The notes below the pieces were generated by a model. It was not told the origin of the DNA, did not search any database, and saw only the letters and a program-made list of their open reading frames with translations. From Guillardia theta CCMP2712 (lineage: Eukaryota; Protista; Cryptophyta): a stretch of DNA of 64,000 bases. The translations under genes and the position numbers were made by a program. Within the stretch, counting starts at the first letter, position 1, and every line of letters starts with the position of its first letter. Positions 1 through 12,516 of the stretch are shown here, piece by piece. The DNA is taken from assembly GCF_000315625.1 (NCBI RefSeq), contig NW_005434550.1:109391-173390 (forward strand), read 5' to 3'.

Positions 1-1789
1 CGATAGTGATGTTGATGGAGGAGATGATGGTGATAAAGAACAGGAGGAGAGAATCAGAGAAGGAATGAGAAGTGGGGGGTTGGCAAAGATCAAGTACCAA
101 AATCAGCCTGTAGTTGACATCTCAAGGGAGAATTTCTCCGTTGGGATTTGTCGAAGTGAGAGGCAAAACTGATGGCGCAGTTAGTCCTTCAATCTCTCCT
201 CATACATACAAGACATACTGGCAAATTTGCCGTAGCGTTATCAGCGCATTCAAGTCCTCGGGAAAGCCACCAGGGGCCTGTTTCTGAACAGAAGGAGTCA
301 AGATCATCACGTTGCATCCTTCTCTCACGTTGGAACTAGTCTGTTGAAGCTCATCGCTCGCTCGCACGAGTGACTTGACCAGATGAAACATCTTCAGCTG
401 CCGAGGAATCTGGTGCCACCACCGATGGATCGGAGACGACTGGGCCAAGTCACATGACACACAATCGACCCGATCCCAATCACATGATCATCTCTCGCTC
501 CATTGCCTCTCCCTGCAAACATTTCAGACGAGCTGTCTTCACGAATTCTCTCTTCTCACCCTCTGCCTCTGCCGCCCTCATCCTCCCTTCGAAAGTCGAG
601 CACACAAGCTCAGCACTGCTCGGAGATCAGAGTCGTTCACAGTGTCGAGCACAACGATACCAGGTGAAGGAGCACAACTTCAGACATTCACTCGGACAAC
701 ACGTCGAGATCTCCTTCCCAGACTGGCACAGCCATTCGGCTTCCTTCCAAACCTCTGCTTTGACAAGTGTGATTGCACTGGGGGGGGGGGGGGGGTAGGG
801 AAACCTGTGCTGCTGTCCGAAGCTCTCACGTCAGCATCCTGCAGCCTGCTGAGGAACCCTCCATTCGTGATTACTCGCGTCATCTCCCAGAACGTGTTGA
901 GGTCCTGCACCAGCTCCTGGTCGGGCTTGAGGGAAGTAGGTTTGCCGTCTTCGTGCACAACATGCAGGTGAGAGAGGAGGAGACTGTGAGTACTCAACGT
1001 GAGCGTCTGGCAACCAACGCCACAGCAAGTCTCACCTTGACAGAGACATCTTCCTATCAAGATGGTCGGACAGCACAACATGCGCTCTCGTTCTTCCTTC
1101 CCGCTCCTCAGGGTCTGTGCGGACCGTGACGAACTGACGGACGTCTGCTTTCTTGCAGGGATCTTCGTTTTGATCTGGCGGTTCGCCATCGCGGATGCTC
1201 TTCTTGCCTGCAATCTTCTTCAAGAGCTTGTCTACTGCTTCAGAGCTTCCTCCCGCTCTCAGCAACTCTTCTCTCAACATGTCCATGGTCTTGTCGTCTG
1301 GTCTCGACGGGTTTGCTTTCCTTCCGCGAGGGTGATCGTTAACAGCATCAGTGACGTCATCGTCAGTGAAGGCAAAGCGACAGCACTTGAGCGATCTGAA
1401 CTCAGGTAAGCATATCATAACACCCCACACTAGCCTTACTGTGCCGCAGCTCTCGATCTCGATAGGCGAAAGTTCACCTCCTCGCTCGCCATGGCCATCA
1501 CAGTTGAGATCCATCGTTCGTTCCTGATAGTAAGCACTTCTACTCGCTCCGAGATAGATAATCTTGAAAACCAGGACCTCCACTTCCTGCCATCGCCTGC
1601 CCGTCTGACCATTGCGCCTTTGCCGGCGTTACTCGTTCCGATTTCTTTCTGCTGCTGCTCCTTGTCCTTGTCCTTGTCCTCCTCCTTCTCCACCTCCTCC
1701 TCCTCGTCAGTATCGTTATGTCTCAGCATATCTGTCTCACCTGGGTCCTCGCCTTCGCCCTCGACTCGCCTCCTCCTCGAGCTTCGCAT
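1..1789 (-). CDS. Multi-exon gene, 5' part; probably runs off the window. N-terminus resembles plant MEE44-type nucleotidyltransferase-family proteins
   Basis: ORF pieces 1436-1789, 1032-1405 and 800-966 can be joined by GT-AG introns. Motifs WFSRLSISERVEVLTI, DLNTFWEMTRVITNGGFLS and WKEAEWLCQSG recall the MEE44-like N-terminus from memory. No catalytic domain is seen in the window. Confidence 0.4.
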
Positions 1790-2328
1790 TTCTCAGGCCC
1801 CTTCTCTCATTCTCAGAGCTTTACCAGGACCGTTACAGAGCGGTTAAACGAAACTTCTGTTTTGTACCTGATCGTTATAGTATCCGTTATATTCGTGCAT
1901 CATTCTGGTCAGGTTACCAGTGGTAATTTAGGTGACAGGTGAAGCACCGTCGTTGCGGCAATGCAGGGGGCATGGTGCAGGAGGGAGGGAGGGAGTATGG
2001 AGAGCATGCGATGAAACGGGGAAGAAAAGCAGGTGAAGGTGAGGACTAGCTTGATCTTGCTCGATACTTACCCGTACTTGATCTGAAGCTGCCGTCTGAA
2101 TGCTTGTCCAACGGTTTGCTCGTTGTTTATGAAACGACCTCTTTCCGTCCAATTGCGCACGAATCGCTCTTTTCACTCATTTGGAGATGGCAACATACCA
2201 CACAATCGATGGTAAATTCCTTATGAAACTTCATGGGAACGTTGAAGTATATGAAAAGGTTTAATTCGAAGACTGGAAGATATTCATGTAGAAATCTCGG
2301 ATGGAGTGGTAAACAAGGAAGATCGATC

Positions 2329-3533
2329 ATGGCCAAACTTACGCACCTTTGGTAGAGCGAACTTACAGGCAGCAAACGTGACGAAAGAAGCCCTCTCCAA
2401 ATCGCTCAGGCATCCTTGTACAATCCCGTGGACCTCTCTGACTTGATAGCCAGTCCGACTGCATCGATCAGATCGAGTTGCTAAGAAGGAGTGTTCACAG
2501 AAGAGACGAGCTCTTCGCTCAGGTTGTTGAAGACATGCTGTTCTACTACACTCTCTGACTGCCCATGTCTCTGCAGGGAAAGAATAGATCGGTCGATGGC
2601 ATTGCGGCGGCAGCAGCAGTACGACGCGATCTCAACGAGCTGGCCATGAAAGCGGAGAAGTGATGGAGTCCAGTAAGAGCGCAGTTGTTCTTACACGTTC
2701 TCTCACAGGCTGGAAAAGATTCATGCCAACTCATACAAGGGAAGCGACAGTGAAATGAGCCACGAGGTTCACGCCATACTCAAGAACATCGACATCTGCA
2801 TCAAGGTAGCTGCTGCTGTCGTGGTCCTCCATGGTTGGCCTGACGATGATTCTCAGCGCGAGAAGGAAGCTGGCTCTACGAGTGTGAAGAAAAGCACGAA
2901 AGTGAGCTTCTCCCTAGAGATCCGAGACATATGACTGACTTCTCCCTCAGGACGAGAAGCTGTTTCACTCACTCCATCACGGTCCCAACAGCCGGGTCGA
3001 CAGCAACACCCGCATCGTACCTCCCATGTGCCACATCCCGGTCAGTCACCCTCGAGCAGGAGATCGACGACTCCTTGCGCGAGCGTCTCATCCATGTCAA
3101 CCAACGAGACGAGGAGCTGGATGGCAGCCTGGACTCCATCGCTGCCGGTGACTGGAATCCTGTCGTGACAGTCGTGCTGATGCTGTTGAAGGCCTTCAGA
3201 GACTTCGTGCCATCGCCACCGACATCCACAACGAAGTTCGCGTGCAGGCGGTCATGATCGACGAGATAGCTATCAAGGTGACCGATGTTCTCCCTCCTCC
3301 TCCCTCTGAACGCTGCTTGCAGGCGGACAACGCTGAGAACCAGTTGACGAACATGAACAGGAAGATGCACAATGTTCTCAAACAAGCTGGTGGGGACGAG
3401 AGTTTCCTCGTACTTGCATAACGAGATCGCAGGCGGTGCATCGCGGTTTTTCATCAACATAATCCTCTCCTTCATCCTTCTATCCCTGGCTCTTTTCATC
3501 TTCCAGGCACTTAGGAATGCATCTGGAACCTAG
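2329..3533 (+). CDS. Qc-SNARE, SYP7 (SYP71-like) syntaxin family, multi-exon
   Basis: The spliced C-terminus reads RDEELDGSLDSIAAGLQRLRAIATDIHNEVRVQAVMIDEIAIKADNAENQLTNMNRKMHNVLKQAGGASRFFINIILSFILLSLALFIFQALRNASGT*. This is a SNARE coil with zero-layer Q followed by a C-terminal TM helix. Start codon is tentative. Confidence 0.85.
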
Positions 3534-3685
3534 TACATGAAGGCAGAAGCTCTTGGTTGTCTTCTGGAACCTAGTACATGAAGGCAGAAGCTCTTGGTCG
3601 TCTCCTAGAATCTAATACATGAAGGCAGAAGCTCTTGGTCGTCTCGTAGAATCTAATACATGAAGGCAGAAGCTCTTGGTTGTCT
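3522..3685. repeat. Tandem minisatellite, 4 x 41 bp (TCTGGAACCTAGTACATGAAGGCAGAAGCTCTTGGTTGTCT)
   Basis: Units start at 3522, 3563, 3604 and 3645 with no spacers. Confidence 0.95.
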
Positions 3686-3916
3686 TCTCCTTCATTTATC
3701 TCTCAATCATTCTTGATCGTCCTTTCGTGTCTCAACATTTCTTCCCGATGCCCCTCTCTTCCTCCACTCGTTGCGATCGTCTCAACCCCTCTCTACATCT
3801 TTCCTTAGTCCACTTCACCCGAGAGGAGCGTATCGCAGTAAACTTACTACCCCTACCCCCTATTCTCTTGGTATCCCTCCGGGTCCTTTCCCCTAACAAG
3901 GATCTGGGGGGCCGTC

Positions 3917-5212
3917 ATGCTGGTCGGGCGATTCCGCATGGCGATGGCCATGTGCCTGCTGTGTCCGCAGGGAGCAGGAGGAGCGACGACTCTCCTGCCC
4001 TCCACCGCTCGAGCCCTCGCTCGAGGAGCCGTGCTCCGCATCACAGCCGATCTGACAGGCGGGCTTCCTCTCGACCACTGGAAGGTGTGCAGAAGGGAGG
4101 GAGTGAAGTGAAGGTCTGACGAGTAGGCAGACGAGGAGCATCCGGCACCCCGAGGAGTCTGCGCTACAGGCTCTCAAGGCTGTCTACCAGCAGCAGGGGG
4201 GGCTCGGAGCTTACTGGGCGGGTCTGCCCGCGAAGCTTATCGAGGGATCGCTGTGTGGGGCCGCGCTCATGGCGACTAAGGAGGGGATGAGGGCAGCGCT
4301 GGTGCAAGCTCGAGTGCCGCTAGCCGAGTCGGCTATAGGAGGGATCGCAGGGATAGCAGGAGGAATCGGATCATGTCTCGTCCTCGCTCCCACCACCATG
4401 CTCGTCCTCACGACTGCCACGACTGGGAAGCCGGCGCTGACGACTCTGAGGGACGTTGCGGAGGGGAAGCGAAACTTCCTTGAGCTGTACACGGGAGGAG
4501 GATCTCTTGCTCTACGAGAAGCAACGAACTGGTTCGAGAGGGGAGGGGAGGAGGAAGAGGAAGATGAGAGACTGTCACAGGGCATCGCGTGAGGGTCTGA
4601 CCGGACTAGCGAGAAACTGGTTGAAGAGGTCCCCTCCTGCACTGCGCCTTCTCCCCGAGCATCTCCCCTCCTCCTTCCTCCTCCTCCCTCCTCCTCCCTC
4701 CACGAACGATGCTGTTCAGCATCACTTTTCTCACATCCCCCGTAGACAAGGTGTAGGCAAAGGAGCAGCGCTGGAGATAGGAAGCGGGGTGATTGGAGGT
4801 GTACTAGCATGCTGGAATCATCCGTTTGAGGTCTTACTCTGCCTTCTCCTCCCCCTCTTTCCTCCCTTTCCTCCTACTCCTCCCTTCCCGTACTTTCGCT
4901 GTTCTTTCCTCCCACTCTTCCTCCGGCATTTTTCCTCCTCGCTCGTCTCTTTCCTCCTCCGCTCCCTTCTCCTCCTCCCTCCCTCCTCACCTCCTCGGCC
5001 TCGGGCATGACGGGTCGCAGATCGCGAGGATCCGGCAGCAGAGAGATCAGGTGCTGCTAGGAGGGAGCAAGGAGAGCACGCTGGATACGATGAGGAAGGT
5101 GGTGGAGAAGGAGGGGCCGCACGGCCTCTACGTCGGTCTCGTCCCTCGCTGCGCCCTGTCGGCATGGCTGACAAGCTTCATGGTTGTCGCTCCCCGGCTC
5201 TTGTTCAAGTGA
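3917..5212 (+). CDS. Mitochondrial carrier family protein, YHM2-like (citrate/oxoglutarate type), multi-exon
   Basis: Carrier signature PLDHWK|TR spans an intron. Other motifs: AYWAGLPAKLIEG, LREATNW, GGVLACWNHPFEV and GLYVGLVPRCALSAWLTSFMVV. Confidence 0.8.
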
Positions 5213-5221
5213 ATGGAGTCA

Positions 5222-5288
5222 AGAGGAGGAGGAGGAGGAGGAGGAGGAGGAGGAGGAGGAGGAGGAGGAGGAGGAGGAGGAGGAGGAG
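5222..5288. repeat. (GAG)n microsatellite
   Basis: Perfect GAG run directly after the carrier stop codon. Confidence 0.95.
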
Positions 5289-5688
5289 ACGGGGGGAGGG
5301 GAGCTGGAGGAACGGGAGGAAGGAAAGAGGCACGAGAAATGGTGGAACAGAGAGGGGAGTCCAGGAAGGAGTTCACATGTGGATGATGAGAGGAAGGGAG
5401 CTTGAGCAATGCAGTGAGACGCGGGGAGAAGAAAGGGAGAGTGCAACACAAGATGATGAGGGATAATGGAAGGCGGTGGACGAATAAGAGGGGAGGGGAG
5501 GGGAACGTGTAAGGGAGGAGGAGGAGGAGGGAAGGAGGAGGAGGAGGAGGGGTTTGTTATAGCTTCACGTACAGTAATAGAATGACAGCATAGCTTCCAA
5601 TGCTCCTCACTGACTAGGGACACAGACCCTCAGACCCTCCGAAGAGGAGGAGGAGGGGGAGGAGGTGGAGAAGTAGAAGAGAGAAAGT

Positions 5689-8600
5689 TTATCTTCCTGA
5701 AGTCCCGTCCTTGTTGCCTCCGAACGCAGCTGACTTGGGCGTCTTGCTCCATGTCTTGTCGAAGCCCTGAGAGTTGATCAGCGAGGAGGGAGGGAGAGAG
5801 AGGGGAAGAGAGAGACGGAGCAGGAGTAGGAGAGGAAAGGAGAGGAGAGGAGAGGAAGGAGCAGGAGGAGACCTTGTAAGATGATCCAACAACAGTCTTG
5901 AGGTAGTCGCCGTTCTTCTCGTTGTGCTTCCATGGAATAGCCTTTCCTCCGATGTCCACAACCTGATCATGGGTCACTCCTCCTCCTCCTCTGCTGTCAT
6001 GCTCCTACCTCACGATCGTAGCTAGGCTTGTGCGTGTAGACCTCGGCAGGAACCTGAGAAATGAATAAGAACAACCGTTCCTCTAGTCCTCCCTCCCGTT
6101 CTATACTCTTTTTCCTCCTCCTCTTCTCATGGAACCACCCCAACCCCTGCCCCCCCCCCCTCCATGCTCTACTCTCCTCCCTCTGTCCTCTCCTCCCTCT
6201 TCACCGTGGAGTGCACGTATGCGTTGGCCTTCTTGGTGTAGTCGGTGTAGGGCTTGATGATCTTGGTGACATGGTCGCCAATCTCCTCCTTCCAATCCGC
6301 AGCATCGTAGACCCTCCACTTCTTGTTCTTGTTCTTGGACAGCCATTTCTGCAGAGGAATTAGAGAAAAGAGGAGGAGGAAAGAATGGAGCCTTTCAGAG
6401 CACTCGGCAGTAGAGAAAGTGAGGAGGGAGGGACGAGGAGAAACAAGAATGGAAGAAGAAAGTAGAGGAGGTAGCGAGTGGGGAGGAGGAGGGAGGAAGC
6501 AGCGGCACCTTGTCGTAGTCGAAGAAGGGATTCTTTTCCCTGTACTTGTTCGCATCGCCGAGGTCCACCGAGTCGCCGTTGGACAGCTGGACGCCCTTGA
6601 GGGATCCGAGGCCGATGATGCCCGTCTGAGGGGATCGAGGTGAGAAAATCACGGGAGGGGGAGGGGGAGGAAAAAAGGAGGACACGTCGAGGGCAACAGC
6701 ATCGGAAGGGGTGAGGAAGGGAAGAAAGCGAGGAGGGGAAGGAGGAGGTATGAGTCAGGATGAGGCAAGAGGAAGCAGTCGAGAAGAGAAGGATTACCTC
6801 ATGATATCCCTCCACGAGCTTGAACGTGTCGTCGGAGCCGGTATCAGGTCCAGCATACTGCAGCACGAGGACCTGGTGGCCCCAGTAGCGTCCTGAAGGA
6901 GCTGATGAGAAGAAGAAGGTGGGAAAGAGGAGGGGAGGAAGAGAGGAAGTCGAAGATACTTCTTACCCATCTTCACGACGGATTCCGGAAGGATCTGATA
7001 GTACGCGAGAGTGTTCTCGTTGGCCAGAGGAGCTCCGTTGTAACTGAGGGACTGCTCGATGGAAGGGATGTCAATGGACTTCGCCAGCTTCTCCTTGAGG
7101 TCGTAGACGGTGGTGGAGCTCGGGAGCTTGAACTTGATCTTGTCACCCTTGGAAGTCTTCACGTAGAACGTCAGCGTGTCGCCACCCTGCATTGCTCCTA
7201 TCATGTTGTCGTCGCCAGTCTCTTGCGGGAAGGTCGTCAGGTTTTCCTCCCATGTCGGGTTGGTGACGTAGTCGTCGTCGGTGCCGTCCTGCCTCCACAT
7301 CAACCTGACCCCATGCCACCTGGTCCGACCAGTCAGAGACTACCCCCATGGCTCAGAGAGTTTTCCTACCCCTTGTCCAAGTAGATCTGCGCTCTCTTTT
7401 CGTGGGGATGAAGAAAGCCTCCCTCAGCTGCTCAACGTCAGTCAAGTCACATCTAGAGGGCCAGCAGCAGCACCGTCAGCTGAACCGTCGGCGTCGGCGT
7501 TCTCAATGATCAAGTCGTCGTCGATCTCCAGCTGGAAGGTGGGGATCAGATCGAGCGACTGAGCTGAGAAGCGTTACCGATGAGCCGTCGTCACTGGTCA
7601 GAGCGAACTCGTAGACTCCTCCCTCCTCGATCTTGATCATGCCCTCCGCCATCAGCACAACCTGCCGCGTGGCCTTCAGCACACCCACAAACATCCTGTG
7701 AGTGACTTGACTCACCATCTTCCTGGGGAAGTTCTCGTCTTGCAGAGCCTCCACCCACTCATCGTGGTTGCGGTAGTCAAAAGTGGCCAACCTAGTCAGA
7801 CGTCAGAACGCTCTCCGCCCTTTAGTTGTCTCACCTCGCCGCCGAGTTGGGAGGGTTGAAGAGGGACCGATTCTGGATATCGGAGAGGGAAGGAACAGAA
7901 ACGTCGGTATCACTGAAGTAGGCGAAGCTGACGAGGATGGTAGAGGAGGGCTGAATGTAGTAATCCTTCAAGGTTCTACCGTCAGCTAGGACTATTCCCT
8001 GATACATCAGCTTCTGCTGTGCGGTAGCGATGTTGCTCTGCTCTGCCACCTTCTCACGCAACGTCTCGATGGTGTCTGAGCCGTCCAGGTCGACAGCGAA
8101 AGTCTTGCCAGTGATGGTTTGGACGTACAACTTCATCGGTCCATCTGGGCCAAAGTCACAACAAAATGTTCGCAGCTACTGCTGGTTACCGGGAGTTGGG
8201 GTAGATGAGGAGCTGTAGCCACCTTGGGGAGCCATGTAGTAGAACAGGCAGCCGAATCCTGGCTGCACGTTTCTCTTGGCTTCGACCTTGCCCTTGGCAT
8301 CGAGGTCGAGAGCGAAGTGATATCCCATTACATTCCCTTCCTCTCCTCCTGTGTCTGGACCAGTGTACACAACTTGAACAAATGAGTTGCCCTCATCCGG
8401 CTTAAAACGAAAACTTTTAGCCCCAGGCAACCAAACATCAAGATCAACATCACCTGCGGCGCTTTCCAGATGAAAGTGACCTTGTGGTATCCACTCTCCA
8501 GTGTGATAGGATCAGTGGACTCAGGCCCGCCATTAGGTGCGACGATGATCTGAAACATGTCAAGAAAACAATTCAAAGCATCATGATGACCTGTTTGTTG

Positions 8601-9360
8601 TCAACGAACAAAACGCAGGGGGATGTTGCTGAAAGGTTGAATGTGTAGTCGCCCTTCTTCACCACTTCCATTCTATCAAAAAGGTTTCAGCGTCTAAGAA
8701 AGCAAAGGATAAGTTTCTTCTTGCTACCTCCCATGAAAGATCGCAACGAACTTGGAGTAATCCGCTGTGTTGTTAGCAGGAAGCGAAGGCCCCGCACTCT
8801 CAGCAATGTCTGCATAGTTTCCAAAGTGCAACGCAGTCTTGAAGGTTTGAGCATCAGGAAGTCCCAGCATAGTCTTCAAGTCGATGAGCTTTCCGGTCAT
8901 GTCACTGAAAGAGACGTCTTTCTGCCAGTACATCTTAACTTCGAAGCCTGTTGGGATGTTACTACAACTTGCAATGCAAACAAACGATCAAGATTCACCA
9001 GGCTCGGAGTACATGGTGTGCAGCAAGCCACTCGAGTCATCGTAATTCTCGATTGCACCGAGTTTCTGTGTAGCTGATTTCAACATCTTTCGTGCAGCAA
9101 TCATCTTTTGTGCCGCGCTGGTGTAGATTCTTGCCGCCTTGTCAGTGCGTGAAAGGGCGACCACTCCCACCAAAGCAAGACAAGCTGCAAGCATAGACGA
9201 GTACAATGCCTGACAAGGGCGTCAACAGGCATCGCAAGAGACGTTGCAACGCTACCCTTCGTTTGTTCTTGGAGTTGCGATCATTGAGAAACTGACTTCT
9301 GGAGGCAACAGCTCCGTAGTTGCCATCCGTCACGTTGACCTCGAACACCTCCGACCCGTT
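5689..9360 (-). CDS. Type-II membrane protein with two PA14-like domains, two inserted ubiquitin-like domains and a conserved unknown C-terminal region (start lies further upstream, uncertain)
   Basis: TM helix MLAACLALVGVVALS. PA14-1: FVAIFHGRIEVVKKGDYTF...ITLESGYHKVTFIW...VVYTGPDT. PA14-2: EGMIKIEEGGVYEFALTSDDGS...IYLDKGWHGVRLMWRQ...VLVLQYAGPDT. Ubl-1 at ~7918-8136 (MKLYVQTITGKTF...LADGRTLKDYYIQ) and Ubl-2 at ~6967-7174. Checked junctions splice in frame. Confidence 0.8.
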
Positions 9361-9989
9361 CTAGTCAAGATAACGTCAGTAAAGGCCAATCGCATGGCTC
9401 AAACGCATTGCAGCAAGCTCATGATGTGGATGGATATTCGAGTATTTGGCTTCCGACAACCTTGGGCAGTGAAGAGCAAGAGCAGAGGCAGCAGAGGAGG
9501 AGACTATCAATAAGGAGGACGAAGAAGCCGGGACGAAGAATACAATCACGATGCTGGTGGTGACGATGATGAGGTGGTGGTGGTGGATGTCAATCAGGCT
9601 CGCACGAGCATTGAAGCGCGACAAGAGCGCATTTTGATCCTCACCATGATCGACGAGGGTTCTATTTCGGGAGCAGCCCCAGAGACCCATATATAGCTTG
9701 GCCTAGGACCGGGTGATATCTCACCCCGTAGCAATCCTTGTAGAGCCGAATAATAACTAAAACATGGAGTACGGGGAATACAAAAAAAAACAATCAAAAT
9801 TTGACAAGGTGCTCAACAACACCCTACTACCTACCCCTCTCACCCGTATTATTGGCTGGGTTGAAATAAACTTTCGAGGACTTGCCTGATTGTTTTAGAT
9901 GCATGCGGATGACATCGATCGTCTCTTAGCAGGTGGTCCAAGATCCAGAGGAAACAAACATTTGAAAAGACGGATGTTCATATCAAAAT

Positions 9990-11700
9990 GAAATTACACT
10001 TTTCTAAGAGGTGATCAGGGGTGTCGCACGGAGAGAAGGCTTTGTAGTTTTCAAACTTGCGCATGGAATAGCGTGGTGCAATGAGTGTGTTGATAAACTT
10101 GTTGGTCAATTGGTGATTGAGTTTTGGGTGTTGTTTCTTCCATTGATAGGTTGTGTCGACTGCGTGAAGAAAGTGTTTCCACTGGGTTCTGGAGAGTTGC
10201 TGGTTGTTGATTCGGTGAAGAGCTCTTTAATTTACAGTGTGGTGCTAGAAAACATCTTCCCACCATAGAGATTCCGGCGCAAAGCTGTTCAGGTGATGAA
10301 GCAGAGTGAACATAACGCTCATGGACGATAGGACGGGCATAACACTGAATTCTCCAAAAACCCACTTTGCGACACGAATATCACAGAAATGGAAGAGAAA
10401 CAAATAGAGCAAACCTGTGCCATCAGGATCATCTGAAGAATCAATGCACCCACTTCGAGACACTCTGCAGCGATGGATGCTACTGACAACAGCCTGAAGA
10501 AGAAGAAGATTCAATGCGAACTCGTTGACCATCTTGTCCAAACCATTTCTGGGGATCTTTGCCAACGCTATACTCCAACGCTGTTTTGAAACACCTGATA
10601 TTGAGTCAATTTGTTTCAAAGTACTAAACGACTCATGAATGAACTTACATTCTGATTGCAGTCACAACTGCAATTAAAGTAGCTAAAGTAGCAACTGCTG
10701 ACGAGGCTGTCATGGCCTTGGATCGGAGGCGTCAGCGAAGACAACGAGCGAACAGGCAACATACCACTACGTATGCGAACAAGAACCGGAAATAGTGCAA
10801 CTGATTGTAGGGCCTTACTACCCTGTCACCAATTGAGAGACTTATCCTGCATGTTACACGAAGAGACTACCTGACAAATGCTCTACAGAATCCGCAGATT
10901 GAAATAAGTGCAAGACAAATCCGAAAGAAGGTGAACAAAGGAGAACTGTCCGTCCTCATTCTGAGAGTCGGTCAGCGGAGAGGTGTCTGCAGAAGGCAGG
11001 ACTACTTGGCAGCAGCGGCAGCACAGCAAGCAGACCCAACGAGTAATCCAACCAGGCCAGCCTTGGCGGCTGCCTCACGTCCATGCCTTGAGCAGTCGAT
11101 GAGAGTGATTCTGTAAGAACTTCAGTGAAGCCTCGGAGCTCAACCTAACTCACCTGCTGGCTCTACTCAGCGACTCTGCCTGAAAACAGTCGGCACATCG
11201 CGTCCTAGACTTCATGATGCTTCCTTTGCTGTTCTTGTTTGGAAGCTCAATGAACAAATCAGGCACCATTCGAAGCATACCACAACTACGTGTGATTGAT
11301 CCCAGTTGAATCCAGTTCTGTAACCAGATCAAAAACAGCCTGACAATCAACGATTAAATCGCACAAAAGTATTCAAGGTAAAACATTGATCAGCGAAGAG
11401 ACATACCTGCCTTCATTGAAGGCTTCCGGACAGTGCTGGGGATCCTTGAGAAATCCAGAAAAGCCGACCTTATTTGTCTTGTTGGGAACCGATTTGGATA
11501 GGTGGAGGCTTATTTGTCTTGTTGGGAACCGATTTGGATAGGTGAAGAATAGACCAAGGAGGTACTCGTGTGCTTGCTATGAAGTTTGTAATCTGGGTCT
11601 TGCATTCGAGTTCAGCTCTATATCAAAAAAAAGATAAATCGATATGCCAGCATTGCTCATTTCTATGTCCTCCCAGGATTGTTGTCATGAAACAAGGCAC
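9990..11700 (-). pseudogene. Probable decayed intron-containing gene of unknown family
   Basis: Protein-like minus-strand frames are broken by in-frame stops (WWEDVF*HHTVN*RALHR; DLSFF*YRAELECK) and by a 40-bp tandem duplication at 11469-11544. Confidence 0.35.
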
Positions 11701-12516
11701 GCTTTTCCCAATCTGTCTTTAGACTTTAATTCATTCCTTCCTTCATTCCTTCCAATTGTTTTCTTCCTTCTGTCTACTCTCTTCTGCTCTCCACTGTGAA
11801 AACACAACACCATATCAAATTCCCTTATGATTTGTTTCCCTCCTCTCAACATTGAAGTTCATCTACAAATAATCACCTTAGTCAACCCATCACTCATCGT
11901 TCTTCCGAAAATCTCTCCTCGTATTTCCACTCTATCTCCCAATCTTATCTTCTTAACTAGTTGATCCGCCATCTCCTGCTTTTAGACCATTCATTGCAAC
12001 TGTTTACTAGAACACCACCACCCCACTCTGCTACCCATACAACCCCACCCTTGCATAGCACCTACCCCTTTTAACCCCTGGTAGTAGAGTTGCGACTGCT
12101 GAAGCGGCCCCCTTCGCGTTTTAAAACTGAAATAAAACATTGTTGACTTAAGTTGAGTGAAATAACTATGAAATAATAATTGTACTATCTACAATTGAAT
12201 GTTATATATAGTTTTTATCTTTAGATGTCAATAGTACAGATTCTTATTTTAAGCTGTAACTAATATAATTTAAGACAGCTAATAACGTTTCACCAATAAA
12301 AATAACTGCCAGATCGTATTGCGAATGAAACGGTCTGAAACAGACGCCTCCAGGAGCCAAAGGACGCGATGGCAATGCGCAAGGGAAGGATGGCGAAGAG
12401 TGGGGAGAGGTGAAGGAGACATGATGTCTTCCTCCTGCAACAGGAAGCATGCAAGGTCAGAAGCACTTGCCTGATTGAGTCTGCTCTACTTAGTTCGGCA
12501 ACGGTTCATTCTCAAC

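Noticed and set aside
3522-3685. 41-bp repeats as a CRISPR array
   Set aside because: Units are contiguous with no unique spacers, no cas genes are present, and the context is eukaryotic.
5128-5623. Poly-Pro/Arg/Glu/Ser ORFs
   Set aside because: They are translations of the (GAG)n tract between convergent genes.
7831-8136. Stand-alone ubiquitin gene
   Set aside because: There is no C-terminal di-Gly, and it splices in frame into the upstream and downstream PA14 exons.
12120-12310. Very AT-rich tract as an organellar insertion or MITE
   Set aside because: No recognisable organellar gene, terminal inverted repeats or target-site duplication can be seen.
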